Source: a virus | Taxonomy: Duplodnaviria; Caudoviricetes | IMG/VR virus record: IMGVR_UViG_3300049020_000013 | Span: 1 to 55,848 of that record | Length of the DNA stretch: 55,848 nt | Reading direction: 5' to 3' (one strand) | Shown here: one piece after another, positions 17,267 through 26,505 of the stretch | Numbering within the stretch: the first letter of the stretch is position 1 | How the letters are laid out: each line of letters opens with the position of its first letter | Translations under genes and position numbers: made by a program | The notes under the pieces: model-generated | The model's input: only the letters and a program-made list of their open reading frames with translations | The model's database searches: none | What the model was told of the DNA's origin: nothing

Positions 17267-17638
17267 ATGGGTGCAGTAGCGGCGGCAGCGGCAGCATTTT
17301 TTGAGGGCGGCGCGGCGGCGGCGGGCACGGCCGCAGCGGGTACGGCTGCAGCAGGCACGGCCGCGGCTGGCACTGCGGCAGCGGCAGGTACGGCGGCAGC
17401 GGCAGGGACAAGCATCGGCTCCATGGCGCTGCAGAGCGCGGCGATCGGACTCGGCCTTGGGGCGGTGAACAAGATGCTCGCACCGGACCTGCCTGAGCTG
17501 AAGGGGCCGTCAGCCATGCCGGACCCATTGGAGATGCAGAAGGCGCAAGAGCGTTCGATCATCGAGCAGATGGCACGACGCGGGCGGCAGTCCACCATCA
17601 TGACCAATCCCGGCGGCGCCCAGACCCTTGGGGGGTGA
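17267..17638 (+). CDS. Virion-associated protein with (GTAAA)n repeats
   Basis: About six AAAGT units; C-terminal RRGRQSTIMT is typical of the small gene preceding podovirus portals. Confidence 0.65.
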   Translation: MGAVAAAAAAFFEGGAAAAGTAAAGTAAAGTAAAGTAAAAGTAAAAGTSIGSMALQSAAIGLGLGAVNKMLAPDLPELKGPSAMPDPLEMQKAQERSIIEQMARRGRQSTIMTNPGGAQTLGG

Positions 17639-17639
17639 C

Positions 17640-19277
17640 ATGGACGCCAAACAGTTGTGCCAGCTGGCCGACGAGCTGTTCGAGAAGAAGCTCCCGCTGA
17701 ACACCCTGCATCAGGAGATCGCGGACAACTTCTACCCGGAGCGGGCCGAGTTCACGTTCAAGCGCGACCTGGGGGCCGACTTCGCGGCCAATCTCATGTC
17801 GTCCTATCCGGTCGTGTGCCGGCGCGAGTTGGGCAATCAGCTCGGCACCATGCTCAGGCCGACTGCCCGCCCGTGGTTCCATCCCAAGCGGCGCCACGAG
17901 CCGCGCGAGAAGGAAGACAACGAGACGCTCCAATGGCTGGAGTGGTTCGAGGAAACGCAGCGCCGGGCAATGTATGACCCGCTGTCCATGCTGACCCGGG
18001 CCACCAAAGAGGCGGATCACGACTTCGCGGCGTTCGGCCAGCCCGTGCTCAGCGTGGAGATGAACTACCGTGACAACGCGCTCCTGTACCGCTGCTGGCA
18101 CCTGAGGGATGTCTGTTGGGAAGAGGACGAGCGCGGCGCCGTGGGGGCGGTGTTTCGCAAGTGGAAGCCAACAGCCCACGTAGCCGACCGGACGTTTCAC
18201 GACAAGGTCCACCAGAAGGTGAAGGATCTTCTGATCAAGACGCCCTTCGAGCAGGTGGACTTCATGCACATGGTCGTGCCGGCCGAGATGTATGACGACG
18301 AAGCTCGCGGGCGTCCGCGCTGGTCCATCTGGTACGACTGCACAAACAAGCACCTGATCGAGGCCGTCCCCATCTGGGGGCGTCATTACGTCATCCCGCG
18401 CTGGCAGACCGTCTCGGGCTCGCAGTACGCCTATTCGCCCGCCACGGTATGTGGCCTGCCGGACGCGCGTCTGCTGCAGGCGATGACGTACACCTTATTG
18501 GAGGCCGGCGAGAAGGCGGCGAGCCCACCGATGGTGGCGACCATGGAGGCCGTCAAGAGTGACCTCGCGCTCTTCGCCGGAGGCGTGACGTGGGTTGACC
18601 GGGACTACGACGAGAAGACGGGCGAGGCGTTGCGCCCGATCACGCAAGACTTCCGCGGCCTGCAGTACGGCCTGCAGATGAACGCCGACACCCGGGCCAT
18701 GTTGCACAAGGCGTTCTTTCTGGACGCACTCACGCTGCCACAGCGCGCCCCGGAAATGACGGCCTACGAGGTAGGCCAGCGGGTGCAGGAGTACATCCGC
18801 AACGCGCTGCCCATCTTCGAGCCGATGGAGATGGAATACAACGCGGCGTTGTGCGACGAGAGCTTCGAGTTGCTGTGGCGCAATGGCGCGTTCGGCGACC
18901 CGAAAACATGGCCGCGGTCCCTGCGCGGAGCCGAGATCGACTTCGGGTTCGAGAGCCCGCTGCATGACGCCATCGAGCAGATGAAGGGCCAGAAGTTCCA
19001 GGAGGCCGGGCAACTCATCGCCGGGGCGATCGCGCTCGATCCGACCGTGGCCTATCTTCCGAAGGCCGAGGTGGCATTGCGCGATGCGCTCACCGGGATC
19101 GGTGTGCCGGCCACGTGGCTTCGCAGCGAGTCCGAGGTTCAGCAGAAGAAGGACCAGACAGAGGCACAGGCCCGCGCCGCCCAAGCGCTGCAGGCCATGG
19201 AGCAAGGTTCGGTGGTGGCGAAGAACCTGGGGCAGTCCGGCATGGTGCCGACCGCCCAAACGGCGGGAGCGGTCTGA
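17640..19277 (+). CDS. Portal (head-tail connector, T7 gp8/BPP-1-like)
   Basis: About 545 aa; QEIADNFYPER, RPWF, PRWQTVSGSQYAYSP, EMTAYEV, FESPL. Confidence 0.88.
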   Translation: MDAKQLCQLADELFEKKLPLNTLHQEIADNFYPERAEFTFKRDLGADFAANLMSSYPVVCRRELGNQLGTMLRPTARPWFHPKRRHEPREKEDNETLQWLEWFEETQRRAMYDPLSMLTRATKEADHDFAAFGQPVLSVEMNYRDNALLYRCWHLRDVCWEEDERGAVGAVFRKWKPTAHVADRTFHDKVHQKVKDLLIKTPFEQVDFMHMVVPAEMYDDEARGRPRWSIWYDCTNKHLIEAVPIWGRHYVIPRWQTVSGSQYAYSPATVCGLPDARLLQAMTYTLLEAGEKAASPPMVATMEAVKSDLALFAGGVTWVDRDYDEKTGEALRPITQDFRGLQYGLQMNADTRAMLHKAFFLDALTLPQRAPEMTAYEVGQRVQEYIRNALPIFEPMEMEYNAALCDESFELLWRNGAFGDPKTWPRSLRGAEIDFGFESPLHDAIEQMKGQKFQEAGQLIAGAIALDPTVAYLPKAEVALRDALTGIGVPATWLRSESEVQQKKDQTEAQARAAQALQAMEQGSVVAKNLGQSGMVPTAQTAGAV

Positions 19278-19577
19278 TTGTCACAGTCAACGCCGAAGCC
19301 GTTGCCAGTCAGGCCGCTCACGCGAGACGCGAGCCAGCCGGCGCCCATCAGCCTGTTCATCGCGACGGCATGCCGCGCGTTGGCATCTGGTACAGCCAAC
19401 GAGCACCAGCAGAAGGAGCTGTTCAAGTGGCTGGTTTTCCAGGCGTGCGGCAAAGCACTTCCGGCCTACCAGCAGAACGACCGGGACACCGCGTTCATGC
19501 TGGGCCGCCATTTCGTTGCAGACCAGCTGAATGGGCTGCTCACTGTTGACCTTGAAGCCTTGAGGAGGGCTGAATGA
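19278..19577 (+). CDS. Conserved small protein after the portal
   Basis: RDTAFMLGRHFV motif; lies between portal and scaffold. Confidence 0.65.
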   Translation: MSQSTPKPLPVRPLTRDASQPAPISLFIATACRALASGTANEHQQKELFKWLVFQACGKALPAYQQNDRDTAFMLGRHFVADQLNGLLTVDLEALRRAE

Positions 19578-20596
19578 AGATGCGACATAGTTTGATGGCC
19601 GAGAACAACGAGCCATCCGCAGGCGGCGGTACGCCGGCACCACAGCCGGCGGATACCACCACAGCCCCTGCGGCGCCGGCCGTCCAGGCTCCGGCTCCGG
19701 CGGCGGCTACGCCACCAGCCGCGCAAACACCAGCAGCATCCGCCCCGGCGACTCAGGCGGCCCAGCCAACAGAGCCGAAAGGCTACTGGCCGGACGACTG
19801 GCGCACGCGCGCATCCAAGGGGGATGACAAGCTGCTGGCCCGCTTCAGCCGGTACGGCTCGCCCGAGGATGCGCTGGAGGCGCTGATTCACGCGCAGAAC
19901 CGCATCAATGCGGGTGAGCTGAAGCCGACCCTAGGCAAGGATGCAACGGCCGAACAACTGGCCGAGTGGCGTCAGGCGCACGGCATCCCGGACGCGCCGG
20001 ACAAGTACGACGTGGCCGACCTGGGCAACGGGCTCAAGGTACCGGAGGCGGACAAGCCGCTGATCGACAAGATCCTTGCCGCGGCGCATGCCAGCAACCA
20101 GACGCCGGACCAGATCAAGGCCTCGTTGCGCGCGTTCTACGAAGTGCGCGACATGGTGGACGCGCATACGTCCGAAAAGGACCGTCAGGCCGAGGCAAGC
20201 GGAACTGAGGCGCTGCGCCAGGAGTGGGGCGCCGAGTACCGCGTCCATTCCAACCTCATCGAGAACCTGCTCGCCGGCACGGCAGGGGAGATGAAGGACC
20301 AGCTGCAGAACGCCAGACTGCCGGATGGCACGCTGCTCAAGCACTCGCCGGCCGCTCAGAAGTTCTTGCTGAGCCTCGCGCTGATCCAGAACCCGCTCGG
20401 CACGCTTGTCCCGAGCGGCGGCAATCCGGCGCAAGGCATCCGCGAGGAGCTGGACCGTATCGCCAAGGTCCGACGCGAGAACCGTGTCACGTACAACAAG
20501 GACGTGAAGATGCAGGAGCGCGAGCGCGAGTTGCTCGGTGCGGCCATGAAGGCCGGGATCATGGACGAGCGAGGCAACTGGAAACAGGCGACGTAA
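19574..20596 (+). CDS. Capsid scaffolding protein
   Basis: Pro/Ala-rich N-terminus, GIPDAPDKYD, ALRQEWGAEY; precedes the capsid gene. Confidence 0.75.
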   Translation: MKMRHSLMAENNEPSAGGGTPAPQPADTTTAPAAPAVQAPAPAAATPPAAQTPAASAPATQAAQPTEPKGYWPDDWRTRASKGDDKLLARFSRYGSPEDALEALIHAQNRINAGELKPTLGKDATAEQLAEWRQAHGIPDAPDKYDVADLGNGLKVPEADKPLIDKILAAAHASNQTPDQIKASLRAFYEVRDMVDAHTSEKDRQAEASGTEALRQEWGAEYRVHSNLIENLLAGTAGEMKDQLQNARLPDGTLLKHSPAAQKFLLSLALIQNPLGTLVPSGGNPAQGIREELDRIAKVRRENRVTYNKDVKMQERERELLGAAMKAGIMDERGNWKQAT

Positions 20597-20886
20597 TCCG
20601 TCGGGTCGGCATGGGAGGCTTCACGTCAACCCGCCACCTCGCGCCAGGTGGCCGCCTCACGTATCCGGGTTCCATGCCGACTGCGGACGCTTGGATTTTA
20701 GTGAGTCTGAATGGAATCGCCTAATTAGCTGGACCCGCACAAGCGGGCAATGAGAGAGTTGCCCCGCACCAGTAGCAAGGCGCCAGAGGGCGCAGGCGGC
20801 CGGCCCCGCAAGGTCACCCCGGCCCTGCCTCGATGGACACCCCGAGCGACGGTTGAACCCAATCGTTTCTCCTCAAGGAGTCCAGC

Positions 20887-21738
20887 ATGGCGGATACCGC
20901 CTTCCAAGTTCAATACCGCCAGGAGTTCATCCAGGCGTTCGAGCAGCACCAATCGCTGCTTCGCGATACGGTCACCACCGATTACGAGATGCGCGGCAAT
21001 CAGGTCGTGTTCCTCGTGGCCGGCTCTGGATCTGCATCGGCCGTCACCCGCGGCGTGAATGGCACGATCCCGGCCCGCACCGATGACCTGAACCAGAACA
21101 CTTGCACGCTGCAAGAGTGGCACGACCTCGTGCGCAAGACGGGCTTCAACGTCTTCGCCTCGCAGGGCAACCAGCGCGCCATCATGCAGATGACCACGAT
21201 GGCGGTCCTCAATCGCAAGATCGATGACCTCATCATCAACGTGCTGAATACCGGCACGGTGGCCATCGGGTCGTCCAGCACGATCCCCAGCGTGTCGCTG
21301 TTCCAGAACGGCCGGGTGAAGCTGTCGAATGCGTCCGTTCCGTGGGATAGCAATGTCACGTTGCTGTGCCAGCCATCGTTCATCGCCTACCTGGAGCAGG
21401 CCCCCGAGTTCGCGAACGCTCAGTATGTGGACGTGCGGCCCTATGCCGGCCAGGAGAACGCCTCCTGGAAGGACAAGCCGATGGCCTACCGGTGGCGCAA
21501 TTGCCTGCTCATCGAGCACCCGAACTTGCCGGGCAAGGGCACATCCAGCGAGAAGAACTTCCTGTATCACAAGTCCGCCGCGGGCCACGCGATGGACACC
21601 GCCGGCGTGCAGACCCCGGTCGGCTATGACGATCAGCAGGACTATTCCTGGGCGCGCGCAACAGCCTACATGGGCTCGGTGCTGCTCCAAAACTCGGGCG
21701 TGGTCGTGATCACGGCCGACGGCTCGGCCTACGCGTAA
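20887..21738 (+). CDS. Major capsid protein
   Basis: AAGGAG Shine-Dalgarno; TAFQVQYRQEF...FEQ..SLLRDTV, NRKIDDLII; followed by a small gene and a terminator. Confidence 0.88.
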   Translation: MADTAFQVQYRQEFIQAFEQHQSLLRDTVTTDYEMRGNQVVFLVAGSGSASAVTRGVNGTIPARTDDLNQNTCTLQEWHDLVRKTGFNVFASQGNQRAIMQMTTMAVLNRKIDDLIINVLNTGTVAIGSSSTIPSVSLFQNGRVKLSNASVPWDSNVTLLCQPSFIAYLEQAPEFANAQYVDVRPYAGQENASWKDKPMAYRWRNCLLIEHPNLPGKGTSSEKNFLYHKSAAGHAMDTAGVQTPVGYDDQQDYSWARATAYMGSVLLQNSGVVVITADGSAYA

Positions 21739-21749
21739 GGAGCACAGAC

Positions 21750-22109
21750 ATGGCCTACTCCGGCTCTACCGCCGCAACCACGGTTGCGAACCCGCCTCGC
21801 CGCATCGTTGGCGGCATTGCAACGCCCCCGCAGAGCACCAGTCTCACGACCGCACCGACCCGCAGCCCGGGCGGCCAGGGTGGGAGCATCTGGTACTACT
21901 GCTCCACCAACGCAACCACGGACCTGACGGCGTCCAACTTCTTTACCGACGGCTGGTACCTGGGCATGCGTCCGGGTGACATGGTGATGGGCTGCCAGTT
22001 CACTTCGGCGGCGTCGTCTGTCGTCACGTTCTGGGGGGCCATTGCATCGGCGAGCACGTCAGGCGCCAGCCTGTCCACGGGTTCGCTGGTGACCTCGACC
22101 TTCAGCTGA
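21750..22109 (+). CDS. Putative capsid decoration protein, Ser/Thr-rich
   Basis: Directly after the capsid gene and before the terminator; about 32% S+T by hand count. Confidence 0.7.
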   Translation: MAYSGSTAATTVANPPRRIVGGIATPPQSTSLTTAPTRSPGGQGGSIWYYCSTNATTDLTASNFFTDGWYLGMRPGDMVMGCQFTSAASSVVTFWGAIASASTSGASLSTGSLVTSTFS

Positions 22110-22132
22110 TACCGCGCGAGCGGTTGCCTTCG

Positions 22133-22161
22133 GGGTCGGGGCGCATGCCTCGGCCCTTTTT
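22133..22161 (+). terminator. Rho-independent terminator after the capsid and decoration genes
   Basis: GGGTCGGGGC-GCAT-GCCTCGGCCC stem (two G-U pairs) followed by TTTTT. Confidence 0.75.
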
Positions 22162-22178
22162 CATATCCGAGGAGTGAC

Positions 22179-22619
22179 ATGGCGGAGCAAAAGCGGGCGG
22201 TGGTCGTGATCGATCAGCGCATGAAATCTGCAGAGTACGAACGCAACGTCTGGGTGGTCAACGCCGAGCACGGGACGATCGTCAATGACGTGCTGGAGCC
22301 GGCGTATTGGGCGCACGTAGCCCAGAAGCTGCGGCCGTATGACCGCATCGAAGTGCGCGTGGATTCTGGCGAGTGGCTACTGGAGCTGATGGTTCTGGGC
22401 TGTGACCGCAACTGGGCTCGCGTGCACGTCCTGCATCGCTACGAGCTTGGGCCGGTGGAGGCCGAACTTCCCGCGGCACAGAAGCACAAGGTTGAATGGA
22501 AGGGTCCGCAGCTGAAGTGGTGCGTGATCCGCGTGTCTGATAGCGAGATCATCGTTCGCGGCCTGGACAAGGGCCAGGCGTTCGCCGAGATGGGGCGCCA
22601 TGAGCGCGCCACGGTGTGA
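22179..22619 (+). CDS. Hypothetical protein in the head/tail region
   Basis: 146-aa ORF with GAGGAG Shine-Dalgarno. Confidence 0.7.
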   Translation: MAEQKRAVVVIDQRMKSAEYERNVWVVNAEHGTIVNDVLEPAYWAHVAQKLRPYDRIEVRVDSGEWLLELMVLGCDRNWARVHVLHRYELGPVEAELPAAQKHKVEWKGPQLKWCVIRVSDSEIIVRGLDKGQAFAEMGRHERATV

Positions 22620-23257
22620 CCACCAAGCTCACGATCTACAACGGCGCGCTCCTGATTTGCAAGGAGCGCTTCCTCGCGTCCACCAGCGAGGAGCGTGAGC
22701 CGCGCCGTCTGTTGGATCACGTCTGGGACAACGGCGGCATCAGGTCGTGCCTGGAAGAGGGCCAGTGGCACTTCGCCATGCGGACGGTCCAGATCGACTA
22801 CGACCCCTCCATTGAGCCAGACTTCGGCTACCGGCGCGCGTTCGAGAAGCCGACGGACTGGGTTCGGACGTCGGCGTTGTGTTCTGACGAATACCTCAAC
22901 GTGCCGCTGACGCAGTACACGGATGAGGCCGGGTATTGGTACGCCGACCTCGACGCGTTGTTCATCCGTTACGTCAGCGACGACACGGACTACGGGCTCG
23001 ACCTGAACAAGTGGCCTGAGAGCTTCTCCAGGTTCGTGGAAGCGCACTTCGCCGGCCAGATCATCGGCAAGCTGTCCGGGGGTCAAGAGCGGGAGGCAGA
23101 GGTATTTGCGAAGCGTCGGGAGGCGCTGTTGCAGGCGAAGTCCAAGGCAGCGCAGACGCAGCCGACGAGGTTCGCGGCGCAGGGCGCGTGGACATCGTCA
23201 CGCCGTCGGTTCGCTGGCGGGAATGACCGCGGCGGGCGCGGATCGCTGATCGGCTGA
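22616..23257 (+). CDS. Tail tubular protein A / adaptor (gp11-like)
   Basis: KLTIYNGALL...WHFA...FEKPTDW...IRYVS...WPESF. Confidence 0.8.
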   Translation: MTTKLTIYNGALLICKERFLASTSEEREPRRLLDHVWDNGGIRSCLEEGQWHFAMRTVQIDYDPSIEPDFGYRRAFEKPTDWVRTSALCSDEYLNVPLTQYTDEAGYWYADLDALFIRYVSDDTDYGLDLNKWPESFSRFVEAHFAGQIIGKLSGGQEREAEVFAKRREALLQAKSKAAQTQPTRFAAQGAWTSSRRRFAGGNDRGGRGSLIG

Positions 23258-23258
23258 G

Positions 23259-25901
23259 ATGGCGACGATGCTTGCCTTCAACCATGGCTTGGTCTCCAGG
23301 CTTGGGCTGGCGCGCGTCGATCTGAAGCGTCTGGCACTGTCCGCCGAGACCATGACGAACTGGATGCCGAAGGTACTCGGGCCAATGTTCGTCCGGGTAG
23401 GCACAGCCTACATCGGGACGATGGCCGGCAACGCGGCAGCGAAGCTCATCCCCTTTGTGTTCAGCACGACCGATACCGCCCTGCTGGAGCTGACGGCATC
23501 GACGTTGCGCATTTGGAGCAGTGATGCGCTGTTGACTCGCCCATCAGTCTCTACGTCGGTCACAAACGGCACGTTCAACACGGACGTTGCGAGCTGGACA
23601 GACAACGACGAGGTGGGGGCCACATCGTCCTGGGTGTCGCCTGGGTACATGCAACTCACCGGTAACGGGACGGCCCGCGCCATCCGCGACCAGCAGGTAA
23701 CGGTAGGCGCCAGCGACAGGGGCGCGGAGCACGCGCTTCGCGTCGTGATCGCGCGCGGCCCGGTCTACATCAGGGTTGGTTCCACGTCTGGCGGGGACGA
23801 GTACATCTCCGAGACGAAGCTGGACACCGGGACGCACTCGCTGGCGTTCACCCCGACCGGGGACTTCTACATCCGATTCTTCAGCAGCCGCATCCCTGTG
23901 GTGTGGGTGGACAGCGTGACCGTGGAATCGGCCGGTACGGTCACCTTGCCGACCCCATGGGGCGCATCGGACCTGGACAACATCCGGACCGACCAATCGG
24001 GGGACGTGGTGTACGTCGCGTGCGCAGGCCACCAGCAGCGCAAGATCGAGCGGCGCGGCACCAGCCCGAATGCTCGCTCATGGTCGGTCGTGACCTACAC
24101 CTCGCCCGACGGCCCGTTCTTTGTGCAGAACACGTCCGCTGTGACGCTGGCGCCGAGCGCGCTGACCGGGAACATCACGGTTACGGCATCGCAGGCGGTA
24201 TTCAAGTCCACGCATGTGGGCGCGTTGTTCAGCCTCACATCGCAGGGGCAGGTCGTCACGACCACATCGACAGTAAGCGGGACCGCCACCGGGTCCATTC
24301 GCGTCGCTGGGGTAAGCACCTCCCGCGTGTTCTCGATTGTCATCACTGGCAACGCCTCTGGTTCTACGGTGGATCTCCAGCGGTCCTATGACAACGCCAC
24401 GTGGTCTAACGTCGGGGCGCCGCACAGTTACACCGCAGATGTCACGGACACGGCAGATGATGAACTCGCCAACCAGATCGTCTACTACCGACTGATCCTC
24501 ACCACGCGTGTCGCACCCGATACGGTGACGATGGAGTTGCGTATCGGTAGCGGCAGCGTGCGCGGCATCGTCCGAGTGACTGGCTACACCAGCCCCACGC
24601 AGGTAAGTGCAGAGGCCCTCACGGCACTTGGCGGCACATCGGCCAACTCGGTGTGGCAGGAGGGTCAGTGGTCTGACCGCGCCGGCTGGCCGACATCTGT
24701 GCTGCTGCACGAGGGGCGTTTGTGGTGGGCCGGCAAGAGCGGCGTCTGGGGCTCCGTGTCGGACGCCTATGACTCGTTCGATGAGACGGTGGTCGGCGAC
24801 TCCGGCCCGATCAATCGCACCATAGGCTCGGGCCCGGTGGACACCATTAATTGGATGCTGTCCATGAAGCGCCTGATCCTCGGCGCTCAGGGTTCCGAGA
24901 TCGCGCTCAAGTCCTCCTCTTTGGAAGAGCCGCTTACGCCCACCAACTTCGGGATGAACGAGACATCCACGCAGGGGTCGGGCGCGGTGAGCCCCGCGAA
25001 GATCGACAAATCGGGCTACTTCGTCAACCGGACCGGCTCCAAGGTGTTCGAGCTGGCGTTCGACCTCAAGTCATACGACTACGAGGCCATCGACATTCTG
25101 GAGATCGTTCCCGAGTTGGGGCGTCCCTCCGTCGTGCGACTCGCTGTTCAGCGGCAGCCGGACACGCGCCTGCACTGCGTGCGCTCCGACGGCGTGGTGA
25201 TCATCGCCGTGGTTAACCGCAAGGAGGATGTGCTCGCCTGGGTGCAGTGGGAGACAGACGGCGTTGTCGAGGACGTGGCCGTGCTGCCCGCGGAAACGGG
25301 CAATCAGGATGACCAGGTGTACTACGTGGTCCGCCGCACCATCAACGGATCGACGGTGCGCTACCTGGAGAAGTGGGCGCAGGAGATTGACTGCCGCGGC
25401 GGATCCCTGTCCTACCTCGCGGATTCGCACATCACCTATTCAGGCACATCAACAACCACCATCACCGGGCTTTCCCATCTGGAGGGCGAGACGGTCGCGG
25501 TATGGGCTGGCGGCGCAGACCTCGGCACGTACACCGTGAGTGGCGGGCAGATCACTGGGCTGTCATCGAGCGTGACCAGTGCCGTGGTCGGCTTGCCGTA
25601 CACCGCCACGTTCAAGAGCACAAAGCTCGGCCCCCTCTTCAAGAGGCGGGCACCAAATCGAATCGGACTCATGCTGGCCGATCTGCACCCGCAGTCGTTG
25701 CAGTACGGTCCGGATCTGGACAACCTGGATACCCTGCCGCTGATCGAGAACGGCACCACGGTGGGCTCCGCGACGCTGACGGTGCGCGACCACGAGTCCA
25801 TCGAGTTCCCCGGCACGTGGTCCGCTGACTCGCGTGTTTGCTTGCAAGTCACTGCTCCACGGCCGTGCACGGTGATGGCACTTGTGATGGATACGGAGTA
25901 G
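23259..25901 (+). CDS. Tail tubular protein B / nozzle (gp12-like)
   Basis: AFNHGLVS...R.D, QSGDVVY, GWP...HEGRLWW, VVRRTING..VRYLE, GLSHLEGETV, VGLPY. Confidence 0.85.
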   Translation: MATMLAFNHGLVSRLGLARVDLKRLALSAETMTNWMPKVLGPMFVRVGTAYIGTMAGNAAAKLIPFVFSTTDTALLELTASTLRIWSSDALLTRPSVSTSVTNGTFNTDVASWTDNDEVGATSSWVSPGYMQLTGNGTARAIRDQQVTVGASDRGAEHALRVVIARGPVYIRVGSTSGGDEYISETKLDTGTHSLAFTPTGDFYIRFFSSRIPVVWVDSVTVESAGTVTLPTPWGASDLDNIRTDQSGDVVYVACAGHQQRKIERRGTSPNARSWSVVTYTSPDGPFFVQNTSAVTLAPSALTGNITVTASQAVFKSTHVGALFSLTSQGQVVTTTSTVSGTATGSIRVAGVSTSRVFSIVITGNASGSTVDLQRSYDNATWSNVGAPHSYTADVTDTADDELANQIVYYRLILTTRVAPDTVTMELRIGSGSVRGIVRVTGYTSPTQVSAEALTALGGTSANSVWQEGQWSDRAGWPTSVLLHEGRLWWAGKSGVWGSVSDAYDSFDETVVGDSGPINRTIGSGPVDTINWMLSMKRLILGAQGSEIALKSSSLEEPLTPTNFGMNETSTQGSGAVSPAKIDKSGYFVNRTGSKVFELAFDLKSYDYEAIDILEIVPELGRPSVVRLAVQRQPDTRLHCVRSDGVVIIAVVNRKEDVLAWVQWETDGVVEDVAVLPAETGNQDDQVYYVVRRTINGSTVRYLEKWAQEIDCRGGSLSYLADSHITYSGTSTTTITGLSHLEGETVAVWAGGADLGTYTVSGGQITGLSSSVTSAVVGLPYTATFKSTKLGPLFKRRAPNRIGLMLADLHPQSLQYGPDLDNLDTLPLIENGTTVGSATLTVRDHESIEFPGTWSADSRVCLQVTAPRPCTVMALVMDTE

Positions 25902-25905
25902 CTGG

Positions 25906-26505
25906 ATGCTTGACTACCTGGATAGCATCATTGGCGCATCTCCGACATCCGTACATGGTGCCGGCACGGCCATGGATGTGTTCGGCCGGGTTCTCGGCGC
26001 ATTCGGTGCGGCGCAAGACGGCGGGGCAAGGCGCATGGCCGCTGAGTACCGGGCCGCGCAACTGCGTGTCGGTGCCGGCCAAGAGATGGCCGCCTCTCAG
26101 CGCGAGGCAATCAGCGCACTGGAGCAGTCCAAGCGCGTGGCGTCGCGGGTGCTGGCGGTAGCCGCCGCGAGCGGTGGCGGCGCATCGGACCCCACGGTGG
26201 TGAGGCTCGTCGCCGACATCTCTTCGGAGGGCGCATATCGGCAAGCGCTCGCCCTGTATGAAGGGCAAGATCGCGCACGCATGCTGCGCACGCAGGCCGA
26301 CGCCGCGTCGTATGAAGGAAAGCTCGCCGAAGGGGCGGGGAACCGGAACGCCATTGGTGGGGCCATCGGCGCGGGTGCGTCCATGTTTAGGGGGATCGCG
26401 CAAGGGAAGTCCATGCGCGAGAAGTACGGCGGCGTCGGCCCTCGCGGTAGCGCTGATGTCGGCCCCGGCTCCGCGTCATGGGGCATGGACCTGGGGCGCG
26501 ACTGA
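25906..26505 (+). CDS. Internal virion (ejection) protein, small
   Basis: Gly/Ala-rich helical protein with AASGGG; follows the nozzle gene. Confidence 0.7.
   Translation: MLDYLDSIIGASPTSVHGAGTAMDVFGRVLGAFGAAQDGGARRMAAEYRAAQLRVGAGQEMAASQREAISALEQSKRVASRVLAVAAASGGGASDPTVVRLVADISSEGAYRQALALYEGQDRARMLRTQADAASYEGKLAEGAGNRNAIGGAIGAGASMFRGIAQGKSMREKYGGVGPRGSADVGPGSASWGMDLGRD

Noticed and set aside
17300-17410. Tandem repeats as a CRISPR array
   Set aside because: They are degenerate coding repeats without spacers, and there are no cas genes
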